Virus record (IMG/VR): IMGVR_UViG_3300045885_000299
Coordinates: 4,798 to 68,797 of that record
From: a virus
DNA length: 64,000 nt
Reading direction: 5' to 3' (one strand)
Under the pieces are notes generated by a model. That model was not told the origin of the DNA. It saw nothing but the letters and a program-made list of their open reading frames with translations, and ran no database searches. Both the position numbers and the translations under genes were made by a program. Below are positions 19,618 through 30,000 of this stretch, in pieces; within the stretch, counting starts at the first letter, position 1; every line of letters begins with the position of its first letter.

Positions 19618-19704
19618 CTACGCTTGGGGCGCAGGCTCCGGCTCGGGTTCGGGTTGCGGCTCGGGCTCCGGCTCGGGGTCCGGCTTCGGGTCCTCAAACA
19701 TCAT
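19618..19704 (-). CDS. 28-aa Pro-Glu repeat peptide
   Basis: ATGA-coupled; MMFEDPKPDPEPEPEPQPEPEPEPAPQA. Confidence 0.45.
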   Translation of the reverse strand: MMFEDPKPDPEPEPEPQPEPEPEPAPQA

Positions 19705-20099
19705 GCTTGCCTCGCCCAGGTGCCTGAAAGGTTGGTGATGAGGTAGCCGTCGACGCCGTCGCCCACCAGCGTGACGGTGTCGCCGACCACGTCGGTGGAG
19801 CCCGTGTTGATGAGGTCCTTGTCGTCGGCCGGGGTCACGCCGCCGCCGATGATCTGATCGAGCGGCTGCGGACTGATCGACAGGCCGGTCGTGGTGCTGA
19901 GCGTGCGCACCACGAAGGTGAACATCAGCCCGGCCCTGGTCGGCGGCAGGGTGACCACCAGGTCCGCGGCGCCGGTGATGAACACCTTGCCCGAGTCGGC
20001 CGCGGTCAGCGTGCGGTTGGCGGTCAGCGTCGTGGTCGCCGGACGGAAGCTGCCGTCCGGCCGAAAGACGGTGGTGTCGGTCACGCCCGTCGCAGGCAT
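19701..20099 (-). CDS. Capsid decoration / cement-like protein
   Basis: Directly after the MCP; TLTAADSGKVF..VVTLP..GLMFTF; RBS GGAGGGA. Confidence 0.7.
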   Translation of the reverse strand: MPATGVTDTTVFRPDGSFRPATTTLTANRTLTAADSGKVFITGAADLVVTLPPTRAGLMFTFVVRTLSTTTGLSISPQPLDQIIGGGVTPADDKDLINTGSTDVVGDTVTLVGDGVDGYLITNLSGTWARQA

Positions 20100-21325
20100 C
20101 AGTAGGTCCCTCCTACCTCGAGACGCATGATCCAGCGCTCGGTGGTGCGGCCCCAGCCCGCGATGAGCCACCAGCCATGATTAATAAAACGCTGGAGAAT
20201 GTCGAACGGGCCGCTGGTGATCGCCAGGCCGAAGGGCCCGGTCTCGTCGCTGGCCAGCTTGGTCACCGACTGCGGACCGAAGATCGGCACCGGATAGACG
20301 TTGGTCGACCCGTCCGAGCGGACCGCCGACTTGACCACCGTGCCCGCGGCGTGCGCGTAGCGGCAGCCCATCGACTTGGTGGCGGTGTCGGGGCCAGGAT
20401 CGGCGAACTGCACCGTGAGCGTGGTGCTGACGATGTTGGTCACCAGGCCCGACTCATTGGTGTCCGACCAGGTGTTGCCCGTCTCCTGGCCGTCCTGGAT
20501 GGCGATCCAGTCACCAATGGCGATGTTGGTCGCCGCGGCGACGACGATCTGGTTCTCGCCCGGGGTAATCGGGCTGGCGAGCGTGGTGCTGGCCGCGGCC
20601 GCGAAGGTGCTCGAGGCACCCACGCCCCAAAACGCCTTCCAGTTGGCCATCGTGCAGAACCGCAAACCGCCCCACACGCCAATCTCGTTGTTGAACAACA
20701 ACTCTTCGCGCTGGTACGTGCCGAGATTGGTGAGCAGCGAGTCCTGGAGCAGGTCGTAGTGCACATTCGGATGGAGCACCGATGCGTAGAAGCCGTCCTC
20801 GAAGCTCGGCGTCTTGGTCAGCCGAGCCAGGGTGACCGCGCGCTGGATGAGGGCGGAGGTCATCTTGTTGGTTTCGCTGAGCCCGGTCCGCCCGGTGATG
20901 CCGCCCGGGTACATGACGCGCTGGCCTGAGCCGAAGATCGGCCGCAGCACGAAGTCGATCGACTCGGCCTGGTTCTGCCCGCACGCCTCGGCGGCCTGCT
21001 GATACACATCTGGATAGGCCACCGTCTTGAGGAACCTGGTCACCTGTACCGCGTTGCCGTACTCGGCCAGGGTGACCACGAACTTGCTGGCCACCATCTG
21101 CTGCGGCGTGACGTCGGACACCTCGGACAGGGTGTTGGGCTGTGGCGGCATCTGCTCGAGGATGGGCACCTCGACCGAGTTGCCGCGCTGACCGTTCTGC
21201 ACGGCCTGGCGCAGGTCGGTGAACTGATCGAGACCAGTCATCGACACCGCGGCCATGAGGTAGTCCTGGTCGTAGAGGGGCCGTACCTCTTCCGACAGGA
21301 CGCTGGTGGATGTAACGCCGTCCAT
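20099..21325 (-). CDS. Major capsid protein (N4-gp56-like HK97 fold)
   Basis: LSEVSDVTP..VTLAEYGNAV..YASVLHPNVHYDL..NNEIGVWGGLRF..DILQRF..GW; follows the scaffold gene. Confidence 0.88.
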   Translation of the reverse strand: MDGVTSTSVLSEEVRPLYDQDYLMAAVSMTGLDQFTDLRQAVQNGQRGNSVEVPILEQMPPQPNTLSEVSDVTPQQMVASKFVVTLAEYGNAVQVTRFLKTVAYPDVYQQAAEACGQNQAESIDFVLRPIFGSGQRVMYPGGITGRTGLSETNKMTSALIQRAVTLARLTKTPSFEDGFYASVLHPNVHYDLLQDSLLTNLGTYQREELLFNNEIGVWGGLRFCTMANWKAFWGVGASSTFAAAASTTLASPITPGENQIVVAAATNIAIGDWIAIQDGQETGNTWSDTNESGLVTNIVSTTLTVQFADPGPDTATKSMGCRYAHAAGTVVKSAVRSDGSTNVYPVPIFGPQSVTKLASDETGPFGLAITSGPFDILQRFINHGWWLIAGWGRTTERWIMRLEVGGTY

Positions 21326-21386
21326 TCAGGCTCTCACCTTTCGTATAGGTCCTGGAGGCCGGCCATAGACGGCATTCGGTCTCCGG

Positions 21387-22187
21387 CTAGCGCGGGTTCT
21401 GACCCGAGCTGATGCGCGCGAAGTTTTCGGGGGTGGGCTGGTAGCCGGTCTCGCCCGTGCTGACGGTGGGCGCGCGGCCGTTCTGACGCATGGATTCGAT
21501 CTGCTGGCGCAACCGTGCTGGCGGATTGCGTTTGGAGCTGTAGCCCCACGCCAGACGCGCGACGTCCTGCGACGTCACCGGCTGGTTGAATGGCGCGGCG
21601 CGGCCGCCGTCGCGGTGCGGAATGACCATGCCCTGGCGGCGTGCCGCTTCGGCCACCAGCTCGTCGTGGTCGACGCCCTGCTGCGGCTGCGCCGCGGCGC
21701 CCCTGGCGGCGACGATGCGCTGCGCGGACGCGACCAGCTCTTGCGGGGTGTCGAAGATCAGCCCTGGTTCGGAGCCCGAGAGCCCGAAGCCGCGCAGGAT
21801 GGACTCCTGGCCGATGCGCCGCTGCACGTCATTGACGTCGACCGGCGGTGGTTGGGGTGCCGCCACCATCGCGGCCGCGGCCGCGCGGCGGTTGGCGACG
21901 TGCTCGGCCACCTCCATCGCGGCGTCGGTGGCGCTGATCTCGCCCGAGTCGAGCCGCGCGCGTACCCGCTCGCGGAAGGCCACGTCGGCCGCCTCGGCAT
22001 CGCGTTGCTGCTGCTCGGTCAGCATGGCGCCCATCTGTTGCAGCTGGCTGCCCATCGCGTTGAGGCGCGCGTTCATGCTCTGCATGGCGCGATAGGCGGC
22101 GACGTCTGGACCGCGTGAAGTGCCCGGCGCGGCGACAGGTGCCTGTGCAGTGCTGTTGGCCACGGCGGGAGTCGTCGGTTCCATCAT
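21387..22187 (-). CDS. Capsid scaffolding protein
   Basis: Helical Ala/Gln-rich protein immediately upstream of the MCP. Confidence 0.6.
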   Translation of the reverse strand: MMEPTTPAVANSTAQAPVAAPGTSRGPDVAAYRAMQSMNARLNAMGSQLQQMGAMLTEQQQRDAEAADVAFRERVRARLDSGEISATDAAMEVAEHVANRRAAAAAMVAAPQPPPVDVNDVQRRIGQESILRGFGLSGSEPGLIFDTPQELVASAQRIVAARGAAAQPQQGVDHDELVAEAARRQGMVIPHRDGGRAAPFNQPVTSQDVARLAWGYSSKRNPPARLRQQIESMRQNGRAPTVSTGETGYQPTPENFARISSGQNPR

Positions 22188-22196
22188 GGCTCGGGC

Positions 22197-22346
22197 CTAG
22201 CGCGGCAGGTTGTGGTTCGGCGCGCCCGTGTACGGCTTGCCGCCCTTGGACGCACGCGCGTGCTGTTCGACGGGGCCCTTGGGCAGCGAGGCCAGCTGGA
22301 GCTTGTTGTTGCCCGTCTGCGAACTGACCTTTTTCTCGGTAGCCAC
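22197..22346 (-). CDS. Small basic protein
   Basis: RBS AAAGGAGA before GTG; MATEKKVSSQTGNNK... Confidence 0.6.
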   Translation of the reverse strand: MATEKKVSSQTGNNKLQLASLPKGPVEQHARASKGGKPYTGAPNHNLPR

Positions 22347-22421
22347 TCGGCAGGTCTCCTTTGTCTCGTGTGCGATGAGAAGCTGGAGACCCACCGGGGT
22401 CGCGGTCCAAGCGAGGCTGGT

Positions 22422-22634
22422 CTAGACGCTAGGCGTCCTTCTGCTAGGGCCCAAGCGCTCTGCCTGCACGAGCTCGCCCTCGTCGCCAGAGAAGCGCACC
22501 GCGACCTCCTGGCGGATGTGGCAGTCCATGCAGCGCGGGAAGTTCAGGTGCACGACGACACTCCCGCTGCGTACCTCGTCGCGCATCTCGACCAGCACGC
22601 GGTGGCGCCCGCACCTGTCGCAGGCAACCGACAC
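22422..22634 (-). CDS. Small zinc-ribbon protein
   Basis: CDRC...CMDC. Confidence 0.5.
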   Translation of the reverse strand: MSVACDRCGRHRVLVEMRDEVRSGSVVVHLNFPRCMDCHIRQEVAVRFSGDEGELVQAERLGPSRRTPSV

Positions 22635-22950
22635 GCCAGCCAATCTAGCGTCGTCCCATGCCCTGGCCGGTGCGGTAGGCCTGACGGCGTGCTTTCGAGC
22701 GCTTGGTGGGCTGGGCGTCGGTGGGCGTCAGTGGACGTGGGCGGCGCGTGTTGATCGACTGGCCGAGCGCCTTGCTCTCGCGCGCGGTCTTGCCCTGCGA
22801 GCTGGGCGTGGGAGGCTGCATGTTCGGGAGCGTGCAGATCGAAGCGCCAGAGGCAAACCCGACTGCCCCTGAGCGCTCCAAAATCGACGGTTCTGCAGAT
22901 TTTCGGGCAGCCCGGTTGTCGACCAGCGGTTCGATCGAGAGCGTGTCGGG

Positions 22951-23763
22951 ATGCCGACGCCAATCCCGGTGCTCGACCTGGCCGTGGCCGACTACCAGCC
23001 CGCTGGCGTGTTCGGCATGTTCTCTGGCGGCCACGATTCGCTGTGCTCGACCCACATCGCGGCCCAACACCCCAGCTTCTCAGGCGTGTTGCACGTGAAC
23101 ACCGGCATCGGCATCGAAGAGACGCGCGAGTACGTGCGCCAGACGTGCGATCGCTTCGGGTGGCGACTGTATGAAGTGCGCGCGCCCGAAGGGCTGTATG
23201 AGCGGCGCTGCTTGCAATACGGCATGCCTGGCGGCCCGGTCGAGCACGGGATCATGTACCAGTTGCTCAAGGATGAGCAGGTGCGCATTCACGTGCGCAC
23301 CCACAAGGGTCGCCGCGGCGGCAAGGTCGGCCTGGTGACGGGTATCCGCGCGGGCGAGTCCAACCGCCGCATGCGCGTCTACCCGACGCCGATCCGGCGC
23401 GAGTTTGCACAGCTGTGGATCAACCCGATTCTCGACTGGTCCGCACGCGACGTGAACGACTACATCGCCGAGCACGATCTGCCGCGCAATCCGGTGGTCG
23501 ACAAGCTGCACCGCTCAGGCGAGTGCCTGTGCGGCGCCCTGGCGCGGCCGGAAGAGCTGGACGAGATCGGCTTCTGGTATCCCGACGTCGCGCGCCGCAT
23601 CCGCGACCTGGAGCGGACGTGCTACGAACGCGGGCTGCCCCATCGCTGGGGCGCCGACCAGGCGCAGAAGATCAACCCGAATCAGCCGTGGCTGCCGCTG
23701 TGTCAGGACTGCCCGACGCGCTGGGAGAGCAGCGAGCCGGCCAGCTCGCGGTATTTGGCGTAG
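22951..23763 (+). CDS. PAPS-reductase-family (PP-loop) protein
   Basis: FSGGHDS, HVNTG, TGIRAGES..R, NPILDWS, SGECLCG. Confidence 0.9.
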   Translation: MPTPIPVLDLAVADYQPAGVFGMFSGGHDSLCSTHIAAQHPSFSGVLHVNTGIGIEETREYVRQTCDRFGWRLYEVRAPEGLYERRCLQYGMPGGPVEHGIMYQLLKDEQVRIHVRTHKGRRGGKVGLVTGIRAGESNRRMRVYPTPIRREFAQLWINPILDWSARDVNDYIAEHDLPRNPVVDKLHRSGECLCGALARPEELDEIGFWYPDVARRIRDLERTCYERGLPHRWGADQAQKINPNQPWLPLCQDCPTRWESSEPASSRYLA

Positions 23764-24054
23764 GCCTGCTCGAGGTGCGCGCTCTTGCGCTCCAGGTCGC
23801 GCGGCGACGGCGCCTGACAGTGCTGGATCGCCGTCAAGTACACCGCGTCCTCGTAGTCGGACATGGCCCGCGAGAGATGTTCGCGCGCGACGTCTAACCG
23901 CAGGCGCGTGCCCGGTGGCGAGAAGCCGCTTACTACAGGCCGCGCCACAGGTGCTTCGTCCACCACGAATGGCAGCCGGTGAACGAATACCCGTACAGCA
24001 GCGGCGCGAACCGTCCGTAGCGCCGCCCGCGCCGAAGCCGCCGCCCCCACCACT

Positions 24055-27000
24055 TCATGCCGCTGACGCCAGGTCGTCGGTGCCGTACACGCTCAGGTAG
24101 TCGGTCTCCTTCACGAAGCGCTTGAAGGCCGGGTTGACCAGCCGCTTGAGCTGGCGCGCCAGGGCGAGCGTCTGCAGCCGCCGCGGATCGAGCCGCGGCA
24201 ACGTGTTCCAGGTCTTGAGCCAGGCGTCCCACTGCGCCCATTGCGCGGGCGTGCCGACCGCCTGGCCGCGCCGATCGGCGTAGCGCGGAATCTGCTGCAG
24301 TTGCTCCCATTGCTCGTCGCTGAGTGATTTGCCGACGCCGTACCAGCGCTGATAGTCGGGGCTCGACAGCTGCGCCTGGAGGACCTGCTGATTCTGCATG
24401 ATCTCGAGCGTCTGGCCCTCGCGCGCGTACCGCTTCTTGAGGGCGCTTGCGTTCGGCAGCGCGCGCCACTTGGCCAGCCAGGCGTCCCACTGCTCCCACT
24501 GCTGCGGCGTGCCGTAGGCCTGGCCGTTCCAGATGTAGCGCGGCATCTGATCGGTCTGCTGCTTGACCTGGCCGGCGCGCACGATCGACTGCTGGTGCGG
24601 CCCATCCAGGTTGGCGAAGGCGTCCGGCGAGAGCACGCGCGAAATGTCGCCGCGCTCGGCCGCCGCGGTCGTCGTCTGTGCGCGCACCGCCTGGCGGTAG
24701 GCGGGATTGACCAGGTCCTCGTCGCTGTAGGTCGACGCGAGCTCGGCTTGCCGTTCGGTGGGCGGCACCGCGTGCGCCGGGTCCTTGCTGAACGCGGAGG
24801 TGACGCGCAGCGATTCGTCTATTTCGGCCTGCAGCGTCGGGCTGGTGACGTTGCGGTACTTGGCCGGCAGCGTGCTCGGCTCGGGCGGCGCTTCCAGCCC
24901 GAGCGCCTGGAGCGCGGACTCGCGGGCCAGGCTCTTGGCGTTTTCGACCATCAGCTTCTTCCGATTGTCGGGCGAGTCCTGATAGCCGGGCGAGGCGAAC
25001 AGGGTTTTCAGCGCCAGGCGCGTCTTGGTGCCCTGGTCGATCTGCAGCGCGCGCTGCTCGGTGTCGGTCAGCACGCGCTCGCCGAGCTTCCTGTCGGGTT
25101 TTGTCACCAGCGGTGCGCCAATGCGCAGCAGCTCGGCCGTCTCGGGATCGGCCTGGTACGCGCTCGGCCGAATCGGCGTCCAGCTCCAGACGCCCGGCCC
25201 GGCGTGCGGCCGCGCCTCGCCGTAGGCGGTCAGCTTGGCCGGCACCATCTGCGACAGGCCTGGAATGCCCATCAGGATCGCGTCGAGCGGGCTCTTGGGG
25301 TCCTTCATCATCGGGTCCATCGCCCGCGCGAACATATTGAGAAAACCGCGGTACGGGACCATGCTCGAGAGCTGGTTGTCGACAAACGCATCCCAATACT
25401 GCTCGGGGTCCTGGATCGCCTGGATGGCGTCGCGGATGGCGACCAGCCCGGACTGCTGCAGGAACACGCCGCCGAAGTTGGACACGAAGTAGAAGAGCGA
25501 GGCGGTGTTCTTATCCAGCGTGCCCGGCTCGACCTTGTCGCTCTGTGATTCGACCAGCGTGGCCGCCAGCGCGATCGGCAGCGTCCAGTGGCCCATCAGG
25601 TTCTGATACGGCACGTAGGTGTCGCCGATCTTGAACGACCACGGCGTCCAGCCCTGCTCGCGCAGCGCCCGCCGCTTCTGATCGTTGCTCGGCCCGGCCC
25701 CGGTGATGAAGCCCTGCGCGGTCAGTGCGGCAATGCCCATCATGGCCAGCGTGCCGACGATCGCCCGCCCGCGGTCCTCGGCCGCGAGCGCCATGTTGCC
25801 CTGGCGCCGCCGCCGTTCTGCCCGCGCGAAGCCATACGGGGTGAGGCCGGCGCCGACGCGCAGCAGGTTGAGCGTGGTGCGCAGGAACGGCAGCAGCCAC
25901 GCCACGCCCGGGTTGGCGCGCATCGAATTGAGCCCGCCCAGCCAGCCCTCGAGCCGCTCCTGGAAGATGCGCCGCTCGGCTCCACGCGCCGATCGCTCGA
26001 GCAAATCGGGGTAATCGAGAATGTTGTCGCGCACTTCGCCGAAGCTACGGCCGGTGCGACGGGCGGTGCCCTCGATCTCGGACGCCATCGACATGCTGTG
26101 GGCCAGCGAATAGAAGAAGTCGTCGACTGTGGCCATCGTGCGGAACACCAGGTTCAGCGGACGGAACGGCGCCCAGGTGATGAGCCCGCTGTACTGCGTC
26201 TGCAGGTCGCGCATCTGGCGCGTGCTGATGCCGGTGGCCCACGTCACCTTGGCGTCCTGGAGCGCCTTCGACCAGCCGCTTGTCAGGCCTGAGATTTCGG
26301 CCGCCATCTGCGAGTAGTACGCCTCGCGCGGTCGGCGCCGGCCGCGGATGGTCAGAATGTCCTCGCCGAGTGCCGCCGCACCGCGCTCGATCGGTGCCGC
26401 GAACGCCATCATCAGGTTGCCGAAGGTGTTGACCAGCTGGGTACTGCTGCCCGACAGCAGGCTGGCCACGCGGATCGCGCTGACCTGGTTCCACACGCTC
26501 GGCGTGACCATCATGCGCGCCAGCGTGGCCGCCGAGCGCGGGTCGGTCCAGTCGATCACCTTGAGCAGCGCCGCGCGGCGCTCTTCGGTCAGCGCCTTCC
26601 AGTCGGGCCCTGTGAAGATGCGCATCAGCTGCGCCTCGCTGACCCGCCGCTGATAGGCCTCGGCTTTGCGCTTCGCGTACCCGCCCAGCTCCGAGAGGTT
26701 GTCCAGGAGCCCCTTGGCGTCCTTGAGAAAGGCCGGGCTGCGCTCCTGGGCCTTGATGATGCGGTCGATGCGCTTGAGTGCATCGCGCACCATCTCGCGC
26801 AGCTCGGTGTCTTTCGGCTCGGGCGCGCCCTTGCCGAGCATCTCGCGTTCGAGCTCGCGTTCCAGCTTGCGCTCTTCGGCACGCCGCGCCTTATCGGTGT
26901 CCGAGACGGCTGGCCGTTCGGCCTTTTTGCGGGCGCGGTCCTGGATCTTGCCGCGTAGCTCGGTCAGGACCTGGTCGTGCAGCTGCTGGAGGGTGTCCAG

Positions 27001-30000
27001 CCGTGGGTCGGCCGTGGCCCGCGCGAGCGCGATCTGCTGACGCAGGTCGATCAACTGCCGCGCGAGGTTCTGATCGACGCCATTCAGCGTGCGCGCATTG
27101 AGCGGATCGCGGTACAGCCGCGTGAGCGCGTCGGCGTCGGTCTTGGACTTCTCGATCGCCTGGCGCAGGCGGCTGGTGAGGCCGGCGGCCATGCGCCGCA
27201 GGTCCTTGTCCTCGGGCGTGCGCTGGACCTGGTTCTCGATCTGCGCGCGCACCTTCAGCTCCAGGGCGGCCAGCTCGCGGTCGCGGTCCTCGCGTAAGCG
27301 GGCTTCACGGCGCACATCACCGTTGGCCAGGGCTTTCAGGCGCTCCTGCTCGAGCTGCACCACGTTCAGCGCGCGCTCGCGGTCGAGCGTCGAGAGCATG
27401 CCCTTCTGGATCGCGGCCGACGTCTGGATCAGCCACTTGGGTTGTCCGCGCACGCCTTGCGGCCCGATGCGTCCGGCCGCGTCGATGCCGAGCTCGCCGC
27501 CGATCAGGGTGAGCAGGTCCAGGCGCTTCTGCTCGGGCATGCCGCGGATCATGCCCTCCATCTCGTCCGGGCTGATGGACTGGTGGATGCCCTCTGCAAT
27601 CATGCGCCTGGCTTGCGCCTTGGCCTTCGCGCGCAGCCGTTCGCGGACCGACTCGTGGAACGTCTCGGCCGTCAGGTCCTCGTCAAACGGGATCTCCCGA
27701 TTGAGCTGCTTGTACAGGTCGTCGTAGACCCGCTCGGCGAGCTGCGAGAGCACCTCGACGCGCTCAGAGGCAATCTCGTCGGCGCGCGCATGGTTCCCGG
27801 CCCGGCGCTCTTCCATGATCGCCTCGTTCAGGTCCAGGAACTGGTCCCACAACGAGGCCTCGACCTCGCGCGCGGTGCGTTCGGCGTCCGGATCGGTCTC
27901 CAGCTGCGGCTCGCGGCGCTCGGTCTTGACCAGCGGCGTCTTGCCGTTGACCGATGGGCCACGGCCGTCGAGCATCTCGTCCACGACGCCGGTGTCGGGC
28001 GTGTAGCCGCCCTTGCCGTCCGCGATCCCTTCGAGGTGCTTGCGCAGACGTTCGAGCTCGGCGCGCTCGGTGTCGCTCAGCGGCGCGCCCTCCTTGCCGT
28101 TGGTCAGGCTGCCGAGCTTGGCGCGCGTCTGGCCGTCGTAGTCGGCGCGCGCGCGCCAGTAGTCGGCGGCCGCGATCAGGTGCTGCAGCTGCATGTGAAT
28201 CTGCAGGCTGTTGAGCGCGCGCGCGTGCTCGGTGGAGGCGCGCGTCATGCCCAGCCACAGGTGCTCGTAGATCGCCGACAGGTCCTCGAGGCGGGCCGAC
28301 AGCGCCGCCTGGTCGCCCAGCCCGGCGTCCAGGTCGCTGCGCGTCTGGCCGATCTCGCGGATGGTTTGCAGCACGCCGGCGCGCAGCGCGGTCAGGTCGC
28401 TGGCCATGCGGCCGGCGTCCATGCTTCTCCACGCGCGGGCCAGCGTTTCAGTATCGAGACCCGTCAGCTTGGCCGCCTCGTCAATCCAGTCCTGGTGGCT
28501 CATCACCTCCTTGACCTGGCCGTAGTCGACCCAGCCCTTGTCGATCATCTCGAGCACGGCGTTGGGCATGGCCGAGTGCCAGTAGCCCGAGCGGACGCGG
28601 TGGAGCGGGCCGTTTTCGGCGCCGCCGGTGGGTGGTGGCGGTGGCGGGGTTGGCGGAGCCGGCGGCGTGGGCGGTGGCGGCTCGCCTGCACCGGGGCCTT
28701 GTGGCGGACCTGCGGGAGGGACAGCGGCGCCGCCCGCATTTGTCGGCGCCGCTGTCGGCGGCAGTTGGGGAGTTGGAGGCACTCCTGCCGCCGGCTCGAC
28801 CGTAGGCGCTTCGACGGGTGGTGTCTCCAGTTCTGCCTCGAGCGTCTTGGCCTGCTCGGTCGCCGGCTCGGCCACCTCGTCGCCATCGGGCCGCGGCTTC
28901 TGCGATGGCGACGGCTTGCTGCTCTCCCCGCCGCGGTACTGGTTGGTGACGAAGCTCGGCAGCACGTAGGTGGTGGAGCCGTCGACGCCGGTGGCGATCT
29001 GCGGCGTGGGCGTCTTGGCCGGCTTGGGCGCTGGTTCGGGCTCGGCGGCCTGAGTTACGACGAAGGCGTCGTAGCCCTCTTCCCAGGCCTTCCGCTCGGC
29101 TGCCTTCGATGGACCCTTGTAGTACGGCGGCACGTCGCGCGGCTTGCCTTCGCGCGCATCGTTCTCGCCGCGCAGGTACGGGATCGAGGCCTCCTGCGAC
29201 GGCTTCCGCGTCGGCTTCGGCTGGTCGCCGGGCGTGGGCGGCACGTTGACGTCGGGCTGCTTCTCGGCCTTCTCCGCGGCGTCAAACTGCTTGAGCAGGT
29301 CCGGGTGGTCGGCCAGGATGCGCTGGCTCTCGGGCAGGTCGCGGTCCATGTCGCCGCGCGTGATCGCGTCGATGATCGCCTGGCGATGCGACTCCCTGTG
29401 GTTGGGGCGCATGATCGTGTCCACACGCCGGCGCACCCAGGTCTTTTCGACCTCCCACTCTTTGAGCGTCTGCTGCCAGGCGGGCCGAGGGTCCACGACC
29501 GGCTTGTCGAACACCAGCCGTACCGTGCGCGCGTCATCGAACGTCTCGCGGATGACCTCGTAGCCCTGTTCGGCCAGGAGCTGCTTGTAGCGCTCGACGC
29601 GCGCCAGGTCCTCGGGCCGCGCGTCCTTGCCGCGGAAGATGCCTTTCAGCTTGAGGACGCCCTGCTGCGCGTCCCAGGCGACGTCGATCTGCGCGAGTGC
29701 GACCGTGCGTTCGGCGTCCTCGAGCGGTGGCGGGGTGTCGGTGACGCTGCTCGGCGTTTCGGGGTTTTCGTCCAGCCAGGCCTTGGCGCCGCCATACTCG
29801 CCGCGCAGCTGCTCGTCCGACCACTCCGCAACCCCGACGATCGTCGGGTCGTCACGGGTCGACTCAAACGCGCGAACGTAGAAGTCCTGAATGGTACGGA
29901 CGGCGTTGTCGCGGCCTTCCTGCGTCAGCGGCTCGATGACCGGCTCGGGTTCCGGCGCGGGCGTCGTCGGTTCGCCCGGTGTCACGTCGGTCGGTGTTTC

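Noticed and set aside
23703-24058. Short minus-strand ORFs after the giant gene (MKWWGRR.., ..MSDYEDAVY..)
   Set aside because: Possible small genes, but starts are unclear and one overlaps the PAPS gene; insufficient support
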